Of a stretch of 64,000 bases of DNA, positions 11,354-23,400 are shown in pieces. The stretch's first letter is position 1. Each line of letters starts with the position of its first letter. The stretch is from Zygnema circumcarinatum SAG 698-1b (Eukaryota > Plantae > Zygnematophyceae): the NCBI GenBank assembly GCA_037447605.1, contig CM074808.1, forward strand, positions 1,922,001-1,986,000, read 5' to 3'. Under the pieces are notes generated by a model, which searched no databases, was not told the DNA's origin, and worked only from the letters and a program-made list of their open reading frames with translations. Both the position numbers and the translations under genes were made by a program.

Positions 11354-11720
11354 GCTTGCTCTGCCTCTTTGGATCGCCTTTGGCCCTAACCGCTTTCTTC
11401 TCGCCCATGCTTGCTCCCCGCTTTTGGATCAGCTTCTTGGCCCCAACCGCTTTTTCTCGCCCATGCTTGCTCCTCGCTTTTGACCGCTTTTGCCCCAACC
11501 GCTTTCTCGCCCATGCTTGCTCCCTGCCTCTTTGACTGCCTTGGCCCCAACCGCTTTCTCGCCCATGCTTGCTCCTCTGCCTCTTTGACCGCCTTTGGCC
11601 CCAACCGCTTTTCCTCGGCCCACGCCAGCTCTCAGCTTCTTTGATCGCCTTGGCCCCAACCGCTCATTTCCTCGCCCATGCTTGGCCCCGCGGCTCCTTT
11701 GCATGTTCTTGGCCCCTGCC
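11195..11720. repeat. ~55-bp degenerate minisatellite
   Basis: c(c/t)atgcttgctc...ttggccccaaccg recurs at ~11238, 11295, 11349, 11405, 11461, 11511, 11563. Confidence 0.9.
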
Positions 11721-12429
11721 TTCTCTCGCCTAATATCTGTCCTTTCCTCGCATGCCGCCATAGTACTCCCACCTTCGCTTCCCAGCCTCCGCCACCTTTG
11801 GTCCATATCACCCCGCTTTGTCGCCCCAATTTGTGTCTGTGTCTATCGCTTCCCTGCAAATATTGCTCTTGCCCATAACCAACAAAAAAGCTGACACTTG
11901 AAAACTGTACAACTAGTGTGAAAAGTAGGACTGTAATGAGGATATCAATACAATTTTGTTTGATACACTAGAGAGATGAGAGTGATGAGAGTGATGCAGC
12001 ATGGTTTTACTCACCATAGTTCGAGTCCATGACTGAGATTGTGTTGTCTTAGCTTGGATCCTGTCAAAGGCCTCCTTCTTCCTCCTCCCCCTCGATCCCG
12101 CCGCTTCTCGCGAAATTGAGAACTTCTTCACTCAAATAACAACTCAAGACAGCGACGCCCCGGCCACCCCACACGAAGCCCTTCCTCCTTCTACTTCCTC
12201 GCCCACTCCAACCGGGCCTACGCTAGTCAAAGTGATTACCAATGTAAAGCAGCTAATATTAACAAAAAGTAAAAGAAGCGGGGCCGCAGCAGAAAACATA
12301 AGAAGAAGTAGCTAAATAAAGAATGTGAGTGCTGTTTTCTCAACAATAGCAAAACAGTCAAAACAGCAAAGCAGCAGCAGAAGTTGTTATAGTGAGCACT
12401 AAAAGCAGCTAAGTGCAAAAAGGGCCAAA

Positions 12430-13600
12430 GAACAAAAAAAAGCAAAGAATAACCTTGAAAGGAAGACTATACCCACGCCACCGCTGGAAGAACGGATATC
12501 TGGGCGAACAATGGAATTTATGAGCTAACGCATGCATCTTGCACAAAACACATTTGAAAAATAACGCAAAGATGCCCACAAAGCCTCCCCGCCGAAGATT
12601 CCGGGACTTAAAAGGCACTCCACAAGTAACCTACACATAAAAACACATAACGTTAACTCCTTTCCTCCTCCTCTCAATCTTTTCATTACCCTTTTCTCTC
12701 GCTCTTCCACCCAAAAAGAGATCCACGCAGTGATGACATATTACTTGGCCGCATAAAGAGTTTGCTGTCGGAAAGAACCGGGAAAACCATATTCACAAAG
12801 TCATTTCATTTGGTTTAAGATGCTAACGCCCAAAAAATAATCATCGCCTTCCTTTTTGAATCCCCGCAGTTAATCTCTACGCACGGAGTGTGACAATCGG
12901 GTTAAGCGTACTGATCGCAGCGGATTTATTCAAGCTCGCCCCACCTCCCCGCCACCTCGGATTTGATCAAACCTACAAGAATACAACATTCCCTTGTCAT
13001 ACCACGTAATATGCGCGTAAGGTTCCCTAACAACGGAGAGATCTAAGCGCCAATGATTTTTCACTTAACTTTGATCATGCTTCACGACACACATTTCCAA
13101 CCTCAAAGGGAGTTTCCTTTGACGGGAGTCACAAGGTTTTTGTGACCGCAAATCAACAAACAAACGCTATTAATAAAAAATAATACATTTGTGCAAAATA
13201 TAAAACAAATACACAAATAATAGCTTGATCGATAAGTTTAGACTTCACTCAAAGGTACCAAGATCCGAGGAGGTTCTTCCTCGATACAACGTAACCTCGC
13301 TGAACAAATATCGCGATATCCATCCATGACCGCAGTACCCGGAATCTCAATCGCTTCCAAAGCGAAGCCCCATATCGGGATCAAGCCCTCCCGAAGTTCT
13401 TTTTCCACGCCACACCACACTTAGGACAAGACATTCGTGACAAGCCAATAGTCATGTAGCCATATCATCAATAAATGGGGACGACCAACCGAATCACCTT
13501 TGGTCATCTCCTCAAGATCATTTTCACAGAAATTTACCATACTACCATATTTTAAATATGTTTCCTCGCTGAATTTAATTCCATATACCTTAATAACTTT
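12430..13600 (-). pseudogene. Degenerate Crypton-type tyrosine recombinase (NDC10_II-like) upstream of the GCR1_C-like domain
   Basis: Across frameshifts on the minus strand: WRGKRTSGGLDPDM (~13410-13370), LTRILRG (13021-13001, THxxRG with H>R), DQIRGGG/RW (~12968-12940), LTRL...LRGFKKEGDDYFL (~12905-12830), LRRGGF.../FVQDACV/LAHKF..P (~12600-12480). Confidence 0.55.
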
Positions 13601-13844
13601 CAAAAGTCTCTGAAGCTTAGTTTATCCTACGCCTCCCCTCGCTAGATCAATGAACATCCCATTACCAAAAAACTAAAAGACATTTAGAGAGGAGGAGGAG
13701 GAGTGGGGGGGAGGGGGGAGAGCGCGTAGCGAGGAGAGTAAGGAGAGACGGGCAAAGCAAAGAGGAAAGAGAGAAAGCAGCGAACAAATGTTGCACGCAC
13801 GCACGCAGAATGAAGACGCGGTAATGCACGCAAAATGCAATGCG

Positions 13845-14560
13845 TAATGCAAAATGAATATGTTTGCAGAATGCGTAACGCAGAATGCGTAATACAGATA
13901 AGTGTATCGCAAAATGCAAAATGCAGAATGCAGAAAATGCAGAATGCAGAATGCAGAATGCAGAATGCAGAATGCAAAATGCAGAATGCAGAATGCAGAA
14001 TGCAGAATGCAGAATGCAAAATGCAGAATGCAGAATGCAGAATGCTCAATGCTCAATGCTCAATGCTCAATGCTCAATGCTCAATGCTCAATGCTCAATG
14101 CTCAATGCTCAATGCAGAATGCAAAATGCAAAATGCAGAATGCAAAATGCAAAATGCAAAATGCATAATGCATAATGCAAAATGCACAATGCAGAATGCA
14201 GAATGCAGAATGCAGAATGCAGAATGCAGAATGCAGAATGCAGAATACAGAAATAAATGCCAAATGCAAAATGCAGAATCGAGGAGAATGCGAGAAGCAG
14301 AGAAAACCAACGTGAGAATGTAGATAGCCAGATTCGCGAGAAACCAACAGCGGGAATGTAGAATATGAAGCGCAGAATGTAAGAATGCAGAATGCAGAAT
14401 GCGAGAATCTGAATGCAGGAGAATGCAGAATCTTGAGAATCGAATGCAGAATCTGAGAAAGCAAATACAGGAGAATGCGGAGAATGCAGGAAATGCAAGA
14501 TGCGAGAATCTGCGAATGCAGAAATACAAAAGCGAAGCGGCGAGAATCTGAAAGCAGCAG
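13845..14560. repeat. Compound heptamer microsatellite (AGAATGC / TCAATGC / AAAATGC)
   Basis: Blocks of (gcagaat)n, (gctcaat)n and (gcaaaat)n, degenerating after ~14250; short outlier array at ~14905-14965. Confidence 0.95.
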
Positions 14561-15633
14561 AAGAGTAGAAAGCCAAAAGCAAAGCGGCCGCAGGCGGCCT
14601 TGAGAAGTGAAAAGCAAGAAGCGAAGAAGCCAATAGCATACGCCTGGCTTTATAGGCATGTCAGCGTCTTTGTTCCTCATCTTCATCTTCAATTGTGGTT
14701 CACTGCAAATATTGTCCTTTAAGCTCTTCATCTCTTATAATACATCCATTCTTCTTCACTGAATGCAGAGGCATCATCAAATAAGCTCAGCTTAGTCTTA
14801 GGTCAACCCTAGATGATGAGGATAGAGATGAGGAATTCTTGGATCCATTTCTGCAATAGAAGAAAGAGGTAAGTAAACGACGCTGCATAAATGGATGGAT
14901 AGAAAAAAAGATGGAGAATGCAGAATGCAGAATGCAGAATGCTGAAAGCAGAATGCAGAATGCAGAAAGATGGATAGAGGCGTACCTGCAACACATGCGG
15001 TGGTAATGTGTAAGGGGGCGCGGCCGCCACACACCGCCCCCCCCAAGCAACCAGGGCCTCCCCCGCCCGCTCGGGCTGTGTAGCAAACACGCCTCCAGCA
15101 GAGATCAAACTCTAGACCTACCGGTACTAGGACACGATGTTCAAATTCAATGGGCGGTGGGCAAGCGGCAGCAAGCACACCCGAAGTTCAATTTCAGTGG
15201 TTTTAAATGATGTGGTGCCAACGTGGATGAACATGCAGACGTGGAATTGACGTGGCAGATGTGGTGCCGCCATGGCATCTACGTGGCAACCGTCACTGCG
15301 GTGATCGCGCGCTCGGCCGGCGTCGCCCGCTTGGGCGCTACACCGTACCTAGGAGGATGTTGCAGGGCGGGTGGGCGGCCGGGGGGCGGGGAGCTGCAGC
15401 ATTGCCGATCGTGGCGATCGACGGCGGGGAGGGGGGGAGCCTCGCTGCAGGCGGTGCACAGTTCTCACCCCCCCCCCAAAATTACGCCTGAGTTTTCCAA
15501 TCGTGCGCCGCCGCGTGGCGTTGAAGATCCGTTCGAGATGCCACGGGGGTACGGCGGCCACGCTGGCGCACAGCCACCAACGCGCGGTGACCGTAGGTCG
15601 GGGTGGCGGCACGGGACTGCCTACCTGCCTGAA

Positions 15634-15651
15634 CCCTAACCCTAACCCTAA
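15634..15651. repeat. Interstitial telomere-like (CCCTAA)3
   Basis: ccctaaccctaaccctaa; (TTAGGG)2 also at 30435-30446. Confidence 0.6.
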
Positions 15652-16034
15652 TCCCGCACGTACGGTAACCGCGGTGGGCCACGGTGGACGAGTAAGTGTG
15701 TCCACGTGGCGTCCGCTGTTTGGCTCGCGCGACCTCTGATGGAACCCGCAATTCTCCCTTCATGACTCTAATCCGATGTGGCGGTACAGGCAAACGATGA
15801 TGGAAACCCACCCTATGTGTATTGCAGGTGACTTTACAACAAAAATCAACTACTAATACAAATCACGCAGGCCTCATGTTGTAATATTTAGATTGATTAT
15901 GTTTTTTTTTTTTAAACCACACACAAACTGCGACGACAGAATGAGATGTTTGTGTGTGTGTGTTTGTGATGTTTGATGTTGAGATGTTTGATGTTTGTGT
16001 GTGGTTTTTTTTTGGTTTTTTTCCCATTTTAGGG

Positions 16035-16890
16035 CTACGTGGCAACACCTGACTGGATAAGCGACATACCCCATTTCCTACAAACGATCCAAAAACACAC
16101 TACAACACCCACGTGGCAATTTCTGACAATAACTGACTGGTTATCCATATACCCAAATTACTGTACATTAGATCCACACAAAGTGCTGAACCAATAAGAA
16201 TGCACCACGTGGCCACTTTAAACACGCTGCGACACATACCCTATTTACAACAATAGATCCCGTAAAACATTCAAACCGAACGCTGTCGTAAATAGAAAAC
16301 GACACGTGGCAATGACTGAATGGGAACGCGATATACCCCATTTTCTGCGCATTTGATCTAACAAAACGCACAACCAATCAGGACGCGCGACGTGGCAACG
16401 TCAGACTCGCGGCAACTATACCCCATTTTCATTAAATTCATCTTTGACAACCTAATCGAATCCGTAGGTCACATAAAACATTCAACGGGAACGCCGTCAG
16501 CCGACGTGAAAACCACACGCAGCACCAATGGTTACGATACCCCCATTTTCGCCGCATTCGATCCAACGCAAAAGCACACCAACCGACGCTACGACGCGGG
16601 CAACGCCGACCGCTGCAACTATACCCCATTTTCATTAAATTCATCTTTGACAACCTAATCGGTCCGTAGGTCAACAAGCATAAAACATTCAGTTCTAACG
16701 CTGCCGCATCTAGAAAAACCCATTATCGCGGCAATCTGAATGGTTACGCGATATACCCCATTTTCTGCGCATTCGATCCAACGAAAAGCACACCAAATCC
16801 GGACGCGCGACGTGGCAACGTCAGACTCGCGGCAACTATACCCCATTTTCATTAAATTCATCTTTGACAACCTAATCGAACCCGTCGTAC
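16035..16890. repeat. Degenerate ~75-100-bp tandem array, each unit ACGTGGC + ATACCC(C)ATT + GATC; internal 420-bp-offset duplication
   Basis: ACGTGGC at 16037, 16111, 16207, 16304, 16390, 16810; 16326-16460 nearly identical to 16746-16880. Confidence 0.8.
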
Positions 16891-17044
16891 GGATGAAAAC
16901 GATGACAAAGCTTTTGCCTACGGCAACGCAAAAAGATGAACCAGTGAGAAACCCAACCACATATAGACGGGTCACCATCACAGAACTCAGTATGGAATTC
17001 TTCCACATGAATGATGACGGAGCGGGCAGTTGCCCTGTGATGGT

Positions 17045-20000
17045 TCAACCTGATGAGGCTCGTGACATGGCAGCCGCCAGCACAAGCAGCAGCGGCATGA
17101 GCAGCAGGAGCAGGTACGGGAAGGCCTCCCAGAGAAGCCGCTCATCGCCCTCATCTTCACTCGCTTTGTACGCATTGTTGAAGTCGCCAGTCAGCGAATC
17201 GAAGTATTTCCTGTAGACGCTGCTGTCATATGAGTCCTCCCCCCGCACTCGCAGATTCTCGGCAGCCTGCAACATCTCACAGACTGGTGAATGAAGGAGT
17301 GCCCCGCCCATTCTAACAAAGCTGCCAAGGAAACACAAGGCATGAGCAGCCGCGGTGATTGAGCCATCCAACGCAGAGCCATCACCATGTGACAATGCGA
17401 AGTTCACAAACGTGGAGTGCAGGTCACTACAGTGGGCAGCTTCCGGTGCAATAATGATGCACGCATGCACCCATTTTTAAACTTCTGAGATTTCTCCGAA
17501 TGAACACCTGAAGAGGCCTCCTTTCAGTGAGGATAAGGTCACACCTGAAAGCCGAACAGAAGCTGACGCGCCCTTTTCCGCACAGAACCATCAGGATGGC
17601 CTACCAGCCTCTCATACAATTCACGAGCATCTTGTGACCTGCGGACGTGAAGAGAGGGTAAGGTTCCGCCATGGACGAAAACCGTAGGAAGAAAGCTGAG
17701 AAAGGTCATCCCCAGCTCCTCTAAATCCTGCTGAAAGGAGGCATATCCTATAGGATGTACCAATGAAACCAGCAACCAGCAAGAGTTCGAGCGCAGGGGT
17801 AACCTTGCCATGGAGTCGAGGCAGACCGCTTTTTGTAGCATGGCCTTGCCATGAAGCACACTCTGCAGACAACGCACAAGGGCAGGAACACGAGCGGATG
17901 TCAAAGTCCATCAGGGTTTCCAACAATCACAAAACCAATTCAACGCGGAGTCCTTCACTCAGGAAATTGCTTCAACAACAAGAAGTCAAAAGCGAATTAA
18001 TGTTCACCCACCTTGAACACAGTTTTTGAAGTAACCATATCAAATTTCTCGAAAGCATCACGCAATCGGCCCACATCCATGAGTGCCAAACCTGCTTCCA
18101 TCGCCTGTCAGACACAAAGCACCACTGGTCAAGAAGAAAGAATCACAGCTAGCTGCTCCCAACTTTTGGACACGTTTAAGCAAGCTGGGTAAAACCGGAA
18201 GAGCTCCCACGATGATCTACACCAACGACTGGGAATCAGTGCTAATACAAAGACTGGCGTGCCCCCTTATTTGGAGTGCAACGCTATAGTACTTGCTTCT
18301 TGGCTGTTCAAACGTAGTTGACATAAGTTTGCTTTGCAAAGCTCCATAATCTCAGCCCTTGTCTTCACCACACAAACAGTTCTGCTGACATGTTGCTCAC
18401 CGCATCACACTCAGCCTTTACAGTCGGATCCAAGTCTATCCCTACTAGCCGCCTGTACTGCTCCAACATTTCTCGCGTTTTCCTTTCACGAGCTTCTTTC
18501 TCCTCCGTTGTCTCCAGTGGCTCCCCTGGGCGAATGGTCCTGCCTCCCCCATACTGCCCTTCGCGTCCCGTGTAGGTCGCTGTCATTCTTTTTCCATGGC
18601 AGCTATGCTCAAGCAGGATAATCCTGAATTTCAGCAGCAAAACACGATTCTGATTCAAGCTGCCAATTGCCTCTTCCACACACACAAATGTCGGGGTAAG
18701 TAATTTGTCTTTGGCCCATCGCAGTCCCACAGTGTAGTGCAGTCAATTGTGTCTTGCAGTTGAATTAGCGCTGTTTGTTATATGCAGCAAGATCTCACCG
18801 TCCGAGAAATGTCCCTAGGCCGTGGGAAAACCCCCCAAGTAGCTACTTTAGGCTTGTAGGCTTCTTCACCAGATTCGAGAGATGAGGCACCCCCCTCTGC
18901 TGCGCTGGCCTCCCTAGTGATGATCTCCACTTCTGGAAGGGGACCACGCGGCATGTCCATTGCCGCATACAGTCCAGCTGGCGTCGCCCGGGAGTCCTTC
19001 TTGTCAGAGAAATCAAGACCAATAAAATCCTTGCTGGAGATAGCCTGAGATTTGAAGGCCTGAACCTTCTCACTAGCTGCTTTCGAGTCTGATACTTTTC
19101 GCCTCACGATACCATCCCGAGTGATTATTTCTACTTCTAGACTTGAACTAGTTTTTGATTGGGAAACACCAACATCGAGAACTTGAGGTGCAGATTCTGG
19201 GAAAGGTTCCGAACCCGCTCGTTCTCTTTGCCCATTCAATGCTGCCATCATTTCAGACTGCTGCTGTTGATAATCATTTTCAGGCAGCATTGCAGAAAGA
19301 GATGGTGTCGATTCACTTCCGCCCGGACTCTGCATCACTAGAGGGTCTTGAGCTTGTTGGAGGCTTGTTGACACGAAACTCTGGACAGATGCCGCCTCCG
19401 TATATCCTAAGTCTGGTCTCAGGTCATTTTCAGTACTCCAAGTCGCGAGCAATTCTGAAGATTCACGACGTATAACTGCTGACGGCACCGCACCTGCCTG
19501 TACGCCTTTCAATATCCTATCGTCACTAGAAGAAATCTCCTCAAAAGTGCGAGAGCTTTGCAGAGGTGCCTTCCCTCGGACTATCTCGACTGTTGGCAGC
19601 TTTCCGGGGGCTTCTAAGGGCTGTGAAGAAACCTTAGATTCTAAACCTAGCTTCTTAACCGAGCCAGACGATTGATTGGCTTTGTAAGCTTTAGCCCTTT
19701 CCAGAGCAGACATTGCAGCGGATTTGGGCGCCGACTGATTTTCTTTTTGCTGCTTATAGGCTGCAGCTTTCTCAATCATTGAGCTGCTTTCTGGGCTGAC
19801 TTTGGCATTAGCTGAAAAAACAGCATTGACGCCACTTTTTGTGTCTGGACTTACAGCACCTTGATCATCCGGTTGAGCTGGCTTCACATCATCAACTGCA
19901 CACTGAACAGGAGCGGCAAGCTTCAGTCTGCGCCTGTACTGCAAACCCAGGTGTGCGCCCTGCGCAGTTCCCCTTCCAAATCTGGCCGCACGAATTCTGC

Positions 20001-20103
20001 TTGATTTCTGCGTTGCCTCTTGAAGCGACGAGGACTGAACGCCTTGCCAGCTTCCCCTTGTAGCAATGCTGGCCTCCATGCCATACAGAACAGCAAAAAC
20101 CAT
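17045..20103 (-). CDS. Conserved plastid-type TPR-like protein with C-terminal transmembrane helix (multi-exon)
   Basis: Transit-peptide-like N-terminus; exons YKPKVATWGVFPRPRDISRT, YGGGRTIRPGEPLETTEEK...AECDA, LMDVGRLRDAFEKFDMVTSKTVFK, LHGKAMLQKAVCLDSMA, ARELYERLVGHPDGSVRKRARQLLFGFQ, ...YLLLLLMPLLLVLAAA; GT-AG boundaries seen. Confidence 0.75.
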
Positions 20104-20254
20104 TGTCTCTCCCTGCCTCCGCAGATGACAGGGAGCAGCAATTCAGCATGATCAGCCCTGCAAGCAACGCCGTGCCCTCCTCTTCAGCAGGAGCCATCCG
20201 TCCATCCATCCATGGCATCATCTCGCCATCCTCCCCATCATGGCCCAGCATACC

Positions 20255-20342
20255 GTACATAGACCGTATAGACTACCGTACAATGGAGTACAGTACAGTA
20301 CAGTACTGTACAGTCACCATGGATTCGTACAGGTTGTCGTAC
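20255..20342. promoter_or_regulatory. Cluster of nine GTAC cores in a head-to-head intergenic region (candidate SBP/SPL or CRR1-type sites)
   Basis: GTAC at 20255, 20278, 20288, 20293, 20298, 20303, 20308, 20327, 20339, between divergent starts at 20103 and 20410. Confidence 0.4.
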
Positions 20343-20409
20343 GGCAACCGTTGCGTCCAACGGCTGTCCAGGCCGGCGGAGTGGAGAGGGAGCGGAGCCT
20401 GGAGTTACC

Positions 20410-23400
20410 ATGGCCATGGCGATGGCGGTCCGAGCTCGTCTTGTTCCCACGCTCGTCCCTCCCGCCATGGCTTCACGCTCCGCCCGGAACAGAGATGCAG
20501 GCTCCTTTCCAGCAAGCCTCCTTCGAAGTAGGAGGGAGCTTTCTCACGCATGGTGGGCGGGGACTTGCCAGCTGGCTGTCTGCTATGCAGCGCTGGCCTC
20601 TCTCGCCGGGAGCGTAAGTGCTACGAGTTCCGAGTATCTCATCGGAGTGGGCAGCTATGACGTAACCGGGCCTGCAGGTAGGATTTTTCGTCAGGTTTTC
20701 GTGCGGGTGCACAATGAGCGAAGAAAGAGGATTTCTTGTCGACTTTTCTCGAAATTCTCGGCTTGCAGCTTTCAGATGAATGCATTTTTAATAATAGGTT
20801 ATATTCTTCAAGTTTTTCCTAAGCTTATTTTATGCACATTGACCTCCTGAAGTCATGCATGTATTTGAGGAGTGTGCCTTCTCTACCTGATGCTCTCTGA
20901 GGGTATCTACACGTTTCTCTGGGGATGATGGTGTAAGCAGCTGATGTGAATATGATGGGGTACGCCAACCCGGCTCAGATTGCTGCCGGCATTCACATGC
21001 GGCTGCGGGCACGAGCCTTCATTGTGGCATCGCCTCTAGCCAAGACTTCAGTGCAGGCGGACTCCACCGTTGTCTTTGTGAATCTGGATGCATGCATGGG
21101 CGAGCAGGCTGTCACCACAGAAGTGGTCAGAAGGCTTCGAACGAGGTAAGATAGTTACTCTCGTCCCCAAAAGATAAAAATTAAAAATTAAGGGGTGGAG
21201 GGGGCCGGGGGGAGGGGAGAGGAGAGGGGAGATGATTTCGTGGGAAAATATGTTCGGCAGTAGCCCGTATTTCTTCCATCGTGCAATTCCGAAGGATAAG
21301 GTACTACAATACGATAATCAGTGCAGTATGGCTTGCAGCTGAAACTTCACTTTCAAGCCTTTATGCAGAGGCTGATAAACTTGATTTTGTTTCCCGCAAC
21401 TAGAAAATTTTTCGACATTCTTACGAAGCGTCTGCCTTTCTCTAGTGGTTCTGAAGTTTTTGTTTTCTACTTGATTGTTACTCCTGCTTGTCGGACCGCC
21501 GCTATACCTTGGTGCAGGCGAAGTCAATTTTTAAACCACACTCTTTAATTAATAATGCGGCAATCGTGATTGTAACACTCACGAGTCCATATATGCTGCG
21601 ACGGAGGAAAGTTGAGAGGCTTGTCCTGCGTGAAAAGCACGCCATGTGTTTTTTTGACAGGTATGGCGACCTTTACACTGAAAAAAACATCATCATCAGT
21701 GGTATTCACACCCATTCGGGTCCAGGAGGCTACCTTCAGTATGCAGTTTACCTCATCACCTCGTGGGGCTTTGTTCGCCAATCGTTCGAAGCCCTCGTGG
21801 CCGGCATAGTGGAGGCCATTGTTGAGGCCCACGAAAGTCTTCAACCTGGCAGTATTTACATCAAGGAGGGTGAGTTCCATGATAAATGCATTAAATGACC
21901 GCTTGCGGTTGTCTAGTTATGTTTATCAGGTTAAGGAGTTTCTATCTGACCACATTTTAGCTCTGTTCTGTCTCCAATTCTCGGAAGATTAGACGCCATA
22001 ATGGCCCTCTGGGGGCTTCTTTGTGGTGCTTGACTGCGGTTCAAGTTAAGCGGTTGATTACGTCACTGCATCTGAGTGTTAAGTCTGCAATTCGAAGAGC
22101 TGAACAGTTCTGCCGGTCTGCAGGTGAGCTGCTGGATGCCAACATCAACCGCAGCCCGAGTGCTTATCTCAATAATCCGGAAGAGGAACGGAGCCAATAC
22201 CCGCATGACGTGGATAAGGAGATGACTCTCCTGAAGTTTCTAGACAGTGAAGGCGATCCCCTCGGTGTTCTGAATTTTTTTCCAGTGCACGGGGTGTCGA
22301 TGAATCGAACGAATGGCTTGATTTCTGGCGATAACAAGGGGGCTGCATCGCGCTTTATGGAAGACTGGCTGGATGGGTACTTGGGCAGGGGAGTGGCAGG
22401 AGAGGAGGCAGACCTGGTTGGTGTAAGCAATGACATGGGAGGGGACGGGTTGGGAGAGACGAGCCAAACCGAGCAAGACGACGATTTTGATAGTAAGCCC
22501 AACTTCTGCTCTCTCCTTTCTGCTGCTGGCGAGTTCAATCTTCCCCCATCTCCCCATACAAGCTGAACTTCCTGTCGCTTATCTTTCCGTGTCTGAAGCA
22601 GTTGTGAAAGGTCTCCATGTCTCTCCTCGATTCTCGAGTCCTGGAGGGCAGCCGAGCAGTCCTGCCGGCAGCAGACTGCACCGCGTTCGCACGCAGAGGC
22701 GGAGCGTGAGAGGAGGGAAGCCCTTCGCTGTGGCCGCATTCGCCACCTCCAATGAGGGGGACGTCTCCCCCAACGTTGGAGGGCCCTTCTGCATCGACAC
22801 AGGCGAGCCCTGCGACTTCTACGCCTCCACGTGCGGCGGCTCTGTGGAGAAGTGCATTGGCCGAGGTCCTGCGTAAGGGCCGGCCGCCCTCTGTTCAGCG
22901 TTTTGGGTAGTCAGATTTTGGAGGGTCTAGCAAAGTGTACCAAGGGGGGAAGAGGGAAGTGGTGACTGAACTGGAAGGCAAGTAGAGGCAAGTAGAGGCA
23001 AGTTGATGTTTTGGGTTGTGTGTGCTGCTGGCAGGTGGCCAGAGGACGACTTTGCAAGCACAAGAATGATTGCCGATAGGCAGTATCAGAAAGCCCGACA
23101 ACTCTTTCTTAGTGCTCAGGAGTCTCTTGCAGGCTCAGTGGGACACCGACAAACGCACCTCCTCATGTCTGACCTGGAGGTGCAGCTACCGCCCTCTTCG
23201 CCAGGTGGCGAGCCGACATTGGTCCACACGTGCCCGGCTGCTCTCGGCTTCAGTTTTGCAGCCGGAACCACGGACGGTCCGGGTGCATTTAACTTCAAGC
23301 AGGGCGATAACAAGGTGGAAACTTGCCTCGCTTTCTCTGCTTTGCGCTGCACGAGGGTGCAGGCTGAATAGTGTGGGCTTTCGTCTTGGACCACGCTACT

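Noticed and set aside
10871-11720. CRISPR-like array
   Set aside because: Units are contiguous tandem repeats with no unique spacers; no cas genes; eukaryotic context.
13662-14731. MQNAECR / CILHSAF ORFs
   Set aside because: Artefacts of 7-bp repeats lacking stop codons.
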